DNA of 63,899 nt, the filler included, from Folioceros fuciformis (Eukaryota), in the NCBI GenBank assembly GCA_049999805.1. It is 5 parts of 5 records of this genome, joined end to end, with 100 filler letters (N's around TTAATTAATTAA, not from the genome) between each part and the next. Parts side by side here need not be neighbours in the genome. Positions count along the whole stretch, not along the records: positions 46,829 to 54,480 come from JBNGIO010004577.1; positions 54,581 to 62,212 come from JBNGIO010004578.1; 3 more parts are not named here. One strand, given 5' to 3'. Below the pieces are notes generated by a model that saw only the letters and a list, made by a program, of their open reading frames with translations, ran no database searches and was not told where the DNA came from. Positions 46,969-57,000 of the stretch are shown piece by piece. A program made the position numbers and the translations under genes. Each line of letters starts with the position of its first letter. Within the stretch, counting starts at the first letter, position 1.

Positions 46969-49279
46969 AACTTGGTGGACCTTGCTGGATCAGAGCGGTT
47001 CAATAAAACTGGATCTGAAGGACTGCGTCTAAGAGAGGGGATCTATATAAACAAAAGTTTGAGTACTCTTGGAACAGTAATACACAAATTGAGTGATCCC
47101 AGTGAGAAACAAAGGTAATATTATTATAAGAAAATAAAGTCATTCGTGAATCATTTCTGTTGCAAACTAATTATTTAAAATTTGTAGGCAACATATTCCA
47201 TACCGTGATAGTAAATTAACTCGCATCTTACAACCGGCATTGGGTGGAAATGCAAAAACAGCTGTGATTTGCAACATAACCCCGGCATTGGTGAGTGTAA
47301 TTATCGATTGCAATTTGTATGATTGATAATGAACAAAGAAGAGTTTTGTGTAAAATTATTCTTCCTTGGAAAAGGTGCATGTTGATGAAACAAGAGGAAC
47401 ATTGCAATTCGCTAGTCGAGCGAATCGAGTGACTAATTGTGCTCAAGTAAACGAGGTACTTTCAAAATTGTGGATCGGAGAGATTGATTCTTCAATGTTG
47501 TTCTATCACATAGATTAGCTTTATACATATAGTCTATCGTAGATTCATTTATCAACACACATGTTAAAAGAAGATGAACATGATACTCAGATTCTTACTG
47601 ATGCTGCTTTGTTAAAACGCCAAAAGAAGGAGATAGAGGAACTGCGCAAAAAGCTAGAGGTAATAGATTTCAACTAAACCCTAATCCCTAAACCCTAAAC
47701 TCTAAACCCTAAACCCTAAACTCTAAACCCTAAACCCTAAACCCTTTCAACTAAAGAATACATATATAAGCTTTTGTTGTATCATGTATTCCCTAAGTAC
47801 TATGAAAATTGGTATATACTAAAAACAATTTGCATTGCAGGAATCACATTCGGACCATTTGGAGGAACAAATTCTTAATCTTCGAAATGCTTTACTTAAG
47901 GTAAGAGTTTAAACAAGAGGACTAAGTTATTTGTCTTATAAATATATTTATGAAGGCTGAATCAACATGTTATGATACGTAGATTGAGTTGGAACGAGAA
48001 AAGATGTTGGCTGAACTTAATGAAGAAAAGAGAGATAAAGCAAAACAAGAAGAAAGAATCAAAGATCAAGAGCAGAAGATTGAAAGCCTAAATAATATTA
48101 TCCATACAGTAGGCGACGTTGAAAGTGACAAAAAGGTTAGAATAAAATCTTACAAATATTTTTATTATTTATTATTTTTTTTCCTTGAAAGTAGTAAGCT
48201 ATCAATCATTAATTTAATTCTAAACAGATATACGGAATATGGAACAAAACTTGGCTTCCTAACTTACAATCCCTAGGAGGTAGCAATGAGGTAATCTCAA
48301 AGATTGGGTTTTCAAGTTTGTTTTATTTTTGAAGTGGTGGACAATGGGAAAGGAAGAACGGATTAAAATACTTTCTTTTTACTAGACTCGAGAGGTGAGT
48401 GAAAAGAAGAAAGATTTGGAAAGAAAGCTTCAGGAATTAGACAAAGCATTAACTAAAACCAAGAGCGAAAATGAAACACTTCAAACACGTCTACAAGAAT
48501 CTGGTGTGGTACTAGCCAATGCTCAAGATGAGAACCAGAGATTGCTTACAGAGTTGCAAACCTTTGATGCAAACCTTTTGGAGGAAAGGGATAAGACTAA
48601 AATTTTATGTGCGAGGATAAAAGAGTTGGAGGATGAAAACAAAAGGCTTATTGACAACCCATATGATGATGCAATAACTACAATAGATGTGGGTGCTACA
48701 AAAAACTCTACCGAGAGGTTGACAGTACGAGAATGTGGAACATGTGCTGTCTGTGCACAACCTATCAAAGATAATCTCTATTTGGCTTGGAACAATTGTG
48801 GTCACCCTTACCATCCATTCTGTTTTGCTATTGCAATTTCTGCCGATAGCATATGCTATGGAAGGGGCTGCAAGGAAGAGCTTCCTATAAGTTGGATGAA
48901 AGCATTGAAAATACCTTCGAGTACGAAAACCATTGATGATANNNNNNNNNNNNNNNNNNNNNNNNNNNNNNNNNNNNNNNNNNNNNNNNNNNNNNNNNNN
49001 NNNNNNNNNNNNNNNNNNNNNNNNNNNNNNNNNNNNNNNNNCCATGAAAATACTGAAATTGAGGTCGATATGAAGATACATGAAGATCATCATGATGATG
49101 GTGTACCTTGTAAATTACATAGGAAAACTAAAAAGCCAAGTACATACAAGCTTGCATTAAAAGCATTGGATCGCTGTTATTTAGGCACTGATCGCAAAGG
49201 AAAAACTAAGAAAAAATCTACAAACAAAGCGCACGATCCCTCGAAGAAAAAGGCAAGAGAAAAGGGTTGGCAGAATTAA
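46969..49279 (+). CDS. Kinesin-7/CENP-E-like motor (C-terminal half visible), coiled coil and RING-H2-like domain; 5' end lost in the gap; continuation past the 48942-49041 gap uncertain
   Basis: GT-AG exons 46969-47114, 47188-47290, 47375-47455, 47591-47659, 47841-47900, 47983-48135, 48229-48290 and about 48386 onward give [78 protein letters not shown], then CAVC...CGHPYHPFC...C...C. Confidence 0.85.
47675..47745. repeat. Interstitial plant telomere-like repeats (AAACCCT)n, about 10 units, inside a kinesin intron
   Basis: taaaccctaatccctaaaccctaaactctaaaccctaaaccctaaactctaaaccctaaaccctaaaccct read directly. Confidence 0.92.
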
Positions 49280-50291
49280 TAAAATTTAATCCTAATATTA
49301 TTACAATATGCATTTTAGTTTGGTTGTAGCAAAATGATCAATATAAAACCTAACAGGCTGACTAAACGTTCACTACTATTGTTACAGTATTAGAGTTTGC
49401 ATGTGCATAGTAAATGGTACTGATATGATCTGACACGCTAATTGCAGTGGAAGAAAAGGCTTTCACCCAGAATCAACAACAAAGCATGTAAGGTAAAAGG
49501 TAATAAAGATTTGTCATAGTTTTAGAGGATTCATATNNNNNNNNNNNNNNNNNNNNNNNNNNNNNNNNNNNNNNNNNNNNNNNNNNNNNNNNNNNNNNNN
49601 NNNNNNNNNNNNNNNNNNNNNNNNNNNNNNNNNNNNATTGCGAAAGAGAATAATTTTATTCAGAAGAACTTTTACACCCTAGATAAGTCGTAACATATTA
49701 TTATATGAGATCATATTACAATTTTGTTGGTGCCAGTGGGAGTACGGACAATTGCATAGTTGGGCTTGGAGTATCCGTCCATTAACAATGTAAAAATGAA
49801 TTATACAATAGTTTATGATCTCTTTCTTCTTTCGAGAATGGAGTGCATAAAATCGCAGAGAAAAGAATGGAGTGCATAAAATCGCACAGAAGAGTCACAA
49901 GAGCCTGCAAAAAGCTGACCCGCTCTCCCACACGTAAATAGACAAACCTGCGGCCTGGATTTTGGGAAGCATAATAATTTCACTTTCTGCCTACCACCCT
50001 ACACAGTTACTGGACAAGCGTGCAGGCAAGGAAACCACCAAGGGCCACAATCCTGGCAGCACAGCACCATCGATAGAATAGAATAGAATAGATTACACAA
50101 TCGGGAAGGAAGACTGGTGGGAGTCACCCGGCCCAGCATCTACCTGATTTTCGCCGAGGTCTGTTGGTGACCCACCAAGAAGGAACTAAGCTCACGGATG
50201 CCTAAGCCGCCCCGGGGCGGCTCTTCCGTCTTCCACACCACAGATCATGGAATTGGAACGAGGAAAGGCATCCCGCCACCCTCTTCCCCCA

Positions 50292-50335
50292 AGCTAAGCC
50301 AAGCCAAGCCAAGCCAAGCCAAGCCAAGCCAAGCC
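50292..50335. repeat. (CCAAG)n microsatellite downstream of phototropin
   Basis: Pentamer run read directly. Confidence 0.9.
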
Positions 50336-50609
50336 TGGTGTCGTCTCCGGGTGGACTAAGGGACCCGGTCCTCTCCTCGCCAGGAAGCCTGTACAAGCTC
50401 ATCAGACTGACTCTAGCCTCGGCCGAGCTACCTGCTCCCGTGGACACACATCTGAAGTGTAGCCCTTTCCATCTATGGAGATGGAGGGGTTGTAGCCCCT
50501 CGAGAAAAGGGGGCAGAATGTTGAAGAAGACGCTTGCCATTGCATGGGAAGGACGTCCCCGTGCAAGCAGAGGGCAGGCAGGCACTTAGGTGGAAGGGAA
50601 GGGCAGATA

Positions 50610-53600
50610 CTAGAACACATCACCAAAGGTAAGGGAGTTGGACTGGGTGGCCTCCGTCTCGTCCCACTCCAGGTCTGGCGCCTTGGCATCCGCGTCCAGG
50701 TCGTCGCCACCCCCAACCAAGCCGATGGGCGTGTCCAGAGGAGGCGGTCGCATCCACCGGATGAGCGGCCAGTTGATGCCCCGGAAGAAAGGGTGCTGCT
50801 TCAGATCGTTGGCGCCCCGGTATGCGCCCAGCCGACGGGTGGGATCCCGCTGCAGCAGCCCCCGGATGAGCTGCCTCCCCGCCAAGCTCACCGGGACGCT
50901 GCTGGGGAATGTGAGCTCCTTGTTCAGCACGTTGACGAAAGTCTTGTGCCGGTTACGGCCCCGGAACGGCGTCCGCCCGTACAGCATCTCGTAGAGCAGA
51001 ATCCCCAGCGCCCACCAATCCACCGCGCTGCTGTGGCCTGCCCCAGCAATGATCTCCGGCGCGATGTACTCCTCCGTGCCCACAAAGCTGTTGGAGGATA
51101 CACTCGGCTCGGCAAAGAAGACCGGGGGCGGGCCTGGCCCGTCCCGCCTCCGCTTCCTCCGCCTCCCCTCGTCTGCCCGCGCTGGCCGCACCAGCTGCGG
51201 CTGGGAGGATGTGAGGAAGGAAAGGTCGAAATCCGTGAGCAGGATGTGGCCGTTGCTCTGCAGTAGCACGTTCTCCGGCTTCAAGTCCCGGTAGATGACC
51301 CCCATACAGTGCAGGTATTCCAGAGCCACCACAACCTCGGCAGCGAAGAATTTGGCCGTCTCCTCGCCGAACACCTTCTGCGGCTGGCGGTCGAGCAAGA
51401 GAAAGAGCTCTCCCCCGGGACAGAAGTCGGTGATGAGGCAGACGTGGGTCTTAGTCTGGAAGGAGGCGTAGAGCGTGGGGAGGAAGGGGTGGTCCATCAT
51501 GGCCAGGATCTCCCGCTCCGCGCACGCCCGGTGCACCTTGTTCCGCTCCAGCATCACCCCCTTGTCCATGGCCTTCATGGCGAAGAGCTGCCCCGTCCCC
51601 CGGAGCTCCACCAGGTGCACGCTCCCGGTATCCCCGCACCCCAGCGGCCGGATGGGCCGGAAGTGCTTCAGCCCCAGCTTCTCCCCGCTCCTCTGCACTC
51701 TCTTCACCGCATGCCAGAGCGGGCTGTCCCGCTTGTGAGGCCGAGGGCTCACGGGCCTGGAATGGCGCACCCACAAATCGTCCGGAGTGAGGTTTGCGTC
51801 TGGCAACTCCCTAGCCGCGGCATCCACATTGTGGGCGGTGGCCCGCACCACCTTGGCTCCCTCCTGCTCCGTCCGCTCCGAAAGCCGCTTCCTGATAGCC
51901 CCCGGCTCGTACTCGCTGCCGTCCAGCTGCACCCCGATGAAGTACTGAAGATCCCCCCTTTGGTCGCGCATGGCCTGTAGGTGGAAGAGATTCCAGAACG
52001 GCTTCCCGCTCTTGGTGTAATTCAGGAGCTGGACGGTGATGTCTCTCCTCTCCCGGATGGCATCCGCGATCTTGCGCACAATCTCCCTGTCAGTGTCCGG
52101 CCCCTGCAGGAACCGGCAGTTCCTCCCCAGCACCTCCTCCCTGCTGTACTCCGTGAGCTCGAGGAAGTGGTCGGAGGCGAAGATGATGGGATTGTCCGGC
52201 AGGCGGGGGTCCGTGATGACGAAGTTCTTCTCAATCCGCTCGAGCGTGGTGGCCAGGTCTATCCCCCGCCGGATCTCCTTGGCGTGGTCCGCATCGTCCA
52301 GGCTCTCCGGCCGCTCTTGCTCGTCGTCCACCATGATGAGCTCCGGCTCCGGGAAGTCCTGCAGCGGGTCCGCCTCCTTCTCGAAGACATTGTTTCTCTT
52401 CTCCAGCCCCAGCAAGGACAGGAAACCGGAGGAGCGGTGCCGGCTCCTTCCGCCTGCAATGACACTGTCAGGATCATCATGCTGCAGGCTGACGCTCCCG
52501 ATGGAATGGCGCTTGTCAGCTTGACCCAGAATGATCTGCGAAGCCCTCCGGCTGGTCCCGGTGCTCTCTGGAGGTAGCTGCTGGGTGCGCACAACGCGGT
52601 CAGGCCTGGTCACGGCTGTCACCAGCTCCGACACGAAGCCGGAGGCCTTCTCCCTCTGCCGGGCGTCATACTTGATGAGAGACTCCGGGAGGCCATTGGG
52701 ACGGAGGACGTTGGCCTTGCTGCCCTCCGTGTACTTGCTCACTTCCACCTGCATGCCTATGAACTTGATGACCGTCCCGGAGTCGTCCTTGATAGGGGCG
52801 ATGGTGAGGAGATTCCAGAAGGAGCTTCCATCCTTGCGGTAGTTGAGCAGGCGGCCACAGAAGGTGTTGCCTTCGTGTAGGCAAGTACGGATGCGCTGCA
52901 CCTCGTGAGAATCCGTTTCCGGGCCCTGGAGGAAGCGGCAGTTCCGACCAATCACCTCCTTGGAAGAGTAGCCCGTCATGGAGAAGAAGCCCGCGCTGGC
53001 GTAGAGGATGGGGAAGTCCGGCTTGGTGGCGTCCGACACCACGAATGTCTGCTGGAAGGTGGAGAGCGCGTCCTTGACGTCGCGGGAAACCTTGGGGAGG
53101 GTGGAAGCGGCGCCATCGCTGCTGCTGCCGCCCTCCGATGTGCGCAGGGAGGGGATGGATCCGGAGCCGCGGGGCTGGGCCTGGTTCTGCCCGGCCGCGG
53201 TAGGGGAAGGAGAGGCCTCGTCCCCGGACTTGCGAGTGCCCACCCTCCCGGAGCCCAGCTCCTCCTTGAGGACCAGCCCCCACTGCGCGGCTCGGTCTGC
53301 TATGGCGGTGTCCGAGGACAACACGTCTTTGTTGGCGGCCTCCTCCTTCAGCGTGGACATGGCAAGCGCAGATGGCGTGCCAATTCGCTCCGGAAGCACG
53401 TAGGCCTGCACCTCCGCCTTGGGCCCGGGTCCATTCCCGTTGGCATTCGCATTGGCATTCGGCTGAGGCTGGGGCTTACGGGGGAACTGGTCGAGCCCCA
53501 TCCACTCCTGGGCCAGCACGGAGGTTGGCGGGGGAGACGACGGCGCCTTCTTGTCGGCGGCAGCAGTGGGCCATCCTCCCCCCACCGACATGAACTGCGT

Positions 53601-54056
53601 CTTGTTGTTGGAGGCGGAGTGGTAGGAGAAGGGGAGCACCCGGCCCCGGCCCTGGAGGTGTGGATGGTCGTCTTCGTCCCCGTCCGAATGATAGTTCCGG
53701 CGCACGTCCGGTAAGACGTCCTTGTCGTAGGTGACGGAGGCAGGCGGCGCAGGGAAGGCGGGGGCGGGGGCGGCGGCGGCGGTGGCGGCGGGCGCCCCAG
53801 CCGAGCCGCCTCCGAAGACGGGAACATCCGACCTGTTGGGCATGGCAAGGCCGGCAGAGAAGAAGGAGTTGGCGGCGGTGGGTGCTCCCCCAAACACCTC
53901 GAGGGAACCGCGGGAGTCCCTGGGCATGTCGGGGCGCTGCGGGGGCGGCACCACCTCGCCCGCCATCGCGGGCCTGTAGGTGGAGGCTCCCGGCTGCGGA
54001 GCCCTGTTGGGCACCGATGGCGGCCAATCCGCGATGGGAGGCTTGGCGGGCGCCAT
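50610..54056 (-). CDS. PHOT: Phototropin (LOV1-LOV2-AGC kinase), entirely intronless
   Basis: 1148-aa ORF with two GRNCRFLQG LOV motifs and kinase motifs LGCGDTGSV, YRDLKPEN, DFD and SNSFVGTEEY; no phytochrome module. Confidence 0.98.
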   Translation of the reverse strand: MAPAKPPIADWPPSVPNRAPQPGASTYRPAMAGEVVPPPQRPDMPRDSRGSLEVFGGAPTAANSFFSAGLAMPNRSDVPVFGGGSAGAPAATAAAAPAPAFPAPPASVTYDKDVLPDVRRNYHSDGDEDDHPHLQGRGRVLPFSYHSASNNKTQFMSVGGGWPTAAADKKAPSSPPPTSVLAQEWMGLDQFPRKPQPQPNANANANGNGPGPKAEVQAYVLPERIGTPSALAMSTLKEEAANKDVLSSDTAIADRAAQWGLVLKEELGSGRVGTRKSGDEASPSPTAAGQNQAQPRGSGSIPSLRTSEGGSSSDGAASTLPKVSRDVKDALSTFQQTFVVSDATKPDFPILYASAGFFSMTGYSSKEVIGRNCRFLQGPETDSHEVQRIRTCLHEGNTFCGRLLNYRKDGSSFWNLLTIAPIKDDSGTVIKFIGMQVEVSKYTEGSKANVLRPNGLPESLIKYDARQREKASGFVSELVTAVTRPDRVVRTQQLPPESTGTSRRASQIILGQADKRHSIGSVSLQHDDPDSVIAGGRSRHRSSGFLSLLGLEKRNNVFEKEADPLQDFPEPELIMVDDEQERPESLDDADHAKEIRRGIDLATTLERIEKNFVITDPRLPDNPIIFASDHFLELTEYSREEVLGRNCRFLQGPDTDREIVRKIADAIRERRDITVQLLNYTKSGKPFWNLFHLQAMRDQRGDLQYFIGVQLDGSEYEPGAIRKRLSERTEQEGAKVVRATAHNVDAAARELPDANLTPDDLWVRHSRPVSPRPHKRDSPLWHAVKRVQRSGEKLGLKHFRPIRPLGCGDTGSVHLVELRGTGQLFAMKAMDKGVMLERNKVHRACAEREILAMMDHPFLPTLYASFQTKTHVCLITDFCPGGELFLLLDRQPQKVFGEETAKFFAAEVVVALEYLHCMGVIYRDLKPENVLLQSNGHILLTDFDLSFLTSSQPQLVRPARADEGRRRKRRRDGPGPPPVFFAEPSVSSNSFVGTEEYIAPEIIAGAGHSSAVDWWALGILLYEMLYGRTPFRGRNRHKTFVNVLNKELTFPSSVPVSLAGRQLIRGLLQRDPTRRLGAYRGANDLKQHPFFRGINWPLIRWMRPPPLDTPIGLVGGGDDLDADAKAPDLEWDETEATQSNSLTFGDVF

Positions 54057-54899
54057 GGGGGTTGCACTCTGCGCCGGGCCTTCAAGGAGGTGAGCCGCTG
54101 GACGTCCACTTCCTTGAAGCTGACGGCATGCGCGTGCGCATGTGACGACGCTGCAATTCCCTGGTGCAAGTGAATCCCCTGGCCTGGCCCTGGTGCAGCC
54201 ACGAGACGAGAGCTTAGGCTAGCAATCCTGGAGCGGAGAGGGCCGGTGCAATTGGGTTGCAGCGGGAGCAGCAGGCTGAGCAGGAGAAGGGGGTGGGGAA
54301 GGAGAAGATGGAGCAGGCCTAAGGAAGGGACCGGCGGCAGGGGAGCACGTCGCGGGCACAAGAGTGGCCATGTCGGGGAGAAGACGTAGCCTAGCCGGTG
54401 CACCGAGCAAGCGAGGGCGCTAGTCCAGGAGCTCAGGCTTGGATGAGCCTGCAGTGGTACACGGAGGAATGCAAGGGGGGNNNNNNNNNNNNNNNNNNNN
54501 NNNNNNNNNNNNNNNNNNNNNNNNTTAATTAATTAANNNNNNNNNNNNNNNNNNNNNNNNNNNNNNNNNNNNNNNNNNNNTAACCCTAGGTAGGTTACTT
54601 TAATCAGGGTTAACCTAACCCGTAACAGAGAGGAGAAGAGAGTTGAGAAAAGGAGCATTGAGAAGAAGTGAGCTGAGAAGGAAGTTGAGTGGAGACGGCC
54701 TGGGCGTGGAAGTCGCGAGAAGGAGACGAATCCGCCGATTGCGAAGTGGAGGGAAATCCTATCCCTCCCTTATTTCCTAACTGTTGACTTCCACCCCAAG
54801 GCTGGTGACGGTGGAAATGAGAGACTAGGGACTGAGTGGGTGAAAAGGAGTGGGTACCAACCGGTGGTAGTGCTACGACGATAGTGGAACATGGATGAC

Positions 54900-56800
54900 T
54901 CGGCCAGTATAAAACCCTAGGTGAGTCAGAGGGGATCAATCGCGATTCGAATAGAAGTGCAACTGCGAGGTTGAGAAGTGGAAGCGGAAGTAGAGCGGAG
55001 CGCGACTTCGGCAAGGAGCAGAAGCACGCGCAGCAGCAGTGGAGCAAGGCGAAGGCGGTGCAACAGACAATTGAGACTGCGAGGAGACAAGGCAGGATGG
55101 GGAGAGAGAATATCGTAGTGCCGCCGGCGGTGGAGGAAGCGACTGGAGAGGAGAAGCAACCTCCTGTGCCGAGGGTGGAGTTGGCCTTCTGGCCAAACAT
55201 GGAGTACTGAAGGGCTAGTGGGGGAGCTAGGCCTCGGGTTCATGGCTCAGCGATGGAACCATGCAGCTCCTGGCCTCGTTTGGGAGTGCCCTCAGCGACT
55301 GAGGGAACCAGTCCGGGAGGAAGGAATTCGAGGCAGGCCGCAGGACTGGAATCTGGAGCTGATGCGGCGCGTGTATGGGCGCAAACATGAGGAGGAAGCC
55401 GGACTCGTGCTAGAGTCCATGAAGAAACGCAGCACTGCAGCGGCCGCTACAGCACTGTTTAAGGCTGGAAATGGGAGAGAAGCCAACGGGTGACTAGCCA
55501 GGGACATGGCGACTGCCCAACTGATGGGGCTGGCTAGGTGGCTTCTTTGTTTTTTGCAGATCCGCAAGACTATCTCTTCAACCAGATGCTCTTATTTGTG
55601 CACGAGGTAGTTAAGGGCAGTAGGGTGGATTGGGGCAGGATCCTGTACAAGAGGATGAGTGAGGAGAGGCATAACTTGGCCTCATCCTCTCCTCGACCTT
55701 CTATGATTTCTCCTTTCTTGGTACACACCTATTGCTATGCTAACCTCCAGCCTGAAGTAGAAGTAATTGCCTCCCTACACGTGGAAGCCGCTCAGGGAGG
55801 TGAAGTGGAAGCCCGTGGAATCCAAGGAAGTAGACTCCAGCAGTTGGGAGTCAGGAGGCAAGGGGAGTTCAGAGGAGAGGCCCGACCAGGCCGAAAAGGA
55901 AGGTGGGGACAGGACGGAGAACTCCCACCAAAAGGAGGAGGACTGTTGGGCAGGTCACCAAGAGTGGGAGTGGGTCAGCACAGCAGGAAGTCATCCAGGA
56001 GCAGGCTGAGAAGGAACCAAAGGCTCCAGAAGCAGGCTGAGAAGGAACCAAAGGCTCCAAGAGCAGGCTGAGAAGGAACCAAAGGCTCCAGGAGCAGGCT
56101 GAGAAGGAACCAAAGGNNNNNNNNNNGAGAAGGAACCAAAGGCTCCAGGAGCAGGCTGAGAAGGAACCAAAGGTTCCAGGAGCAGGCTAAGAAGGAACCA
56201 AAGGTTCCAGGAGCAGGCTGAGAAGGAACCAAAGGCACCTCGGGTGCCAGAACTAGAAACGGCCCCATTTGAGGGGAGGGCTAAATTAGGGCACGTTACG
56301 AAAAAAGAACCCTTCCCAGGATGGGAAGAAATTTATATAAGAGGAATTACCCTTCTCGGGATGGGAAGAAATTTATACAAGAATTCCTCTAGTCGCCAGG
56401 CTGCAGAGGATCTGAATTGCGATCACCGCTGGGAAGGCAGAAGGCAGACCTTGGACAGGAGGATGCCTCCTGTGGGGAGTCGCAGCAAGTCAACTTGCTA
56501 GGCTTTATCTCAGCGATGGTGTAAGCCCAGGCAGATATGCTGATGAAGCTGCCAGGGCACTAACCTGACTGAGCATGCAGGCGGAAAGGGAGGCTAAGCC
56601 CGGGAGAAGAAGGCCGAAGCCCGGGAGAAGTCGGCGGCACCACGTAGAGGAAGTTCGACAGACCCTGAGTACAGCCAAGGAACGGGCCGAGGAGGAAGTC
56701 TTCCAGGCAAGAGAAGAAGTGCTGAAGGAAAAGCAAGACATGTGTCAGGTTTCTCACATGCTTCTCCAGAAGAGCCTTCGACACACATCAAGTAAGATTC
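54900..56800 (+). mobile_element. Degraded accessory ORF, probably from an LTR retrotransposon (stops and frameshifts)
   Basis: Broken frames reading RGRPQDWNLELMRRVY...VDWGRILY....E...L.......ISPFLVHTY, then a charged repeat and a coiled-coil-like stretch; resembles plant retroelement extra ORFs. Family not verified. Confidence 0.5.
55998..56236 (+). repeat. 30-bp tandem repeat (about 8 copies, with an internal N gap) encoding EQAEKEPKAP-like units
   Basis: gagcaggctgagaaggaaccaaaggctcca repeated. Confidence 0.93.
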
Positions 56801-57000
56801 TTCAAGACATGGTTCATGTGCAGAATTTACCTGTGGGCCAGGGCAATGCAGCCGAGGTTCCAGAGTGCCCTCATTTGGCAGCACAGCTGTTTGAATTTCG
56901 CCTCACCAAGAACGGTAACCCTAGTTTCGTACTCTATTCCCTTGATGCGTTGCCCATTTGTCTGGATGTGTGGTACTATGCAAGCATAGGAACCTACCTC

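Noticed and set aside
50544-54403. Many long overlapping and antisense ORFs over phototropin (also over the PPR and ICMT genes)
   Set aside because: Expected shadow ORFs of GC-rich coding DNA; no recognisable motifs.
54056-54480. Neochrome (phytochrome-phototropin fusion)
   Set aside because: No PAS-GAF-PHY sequence within or directly upstream of the phototropin ORF.
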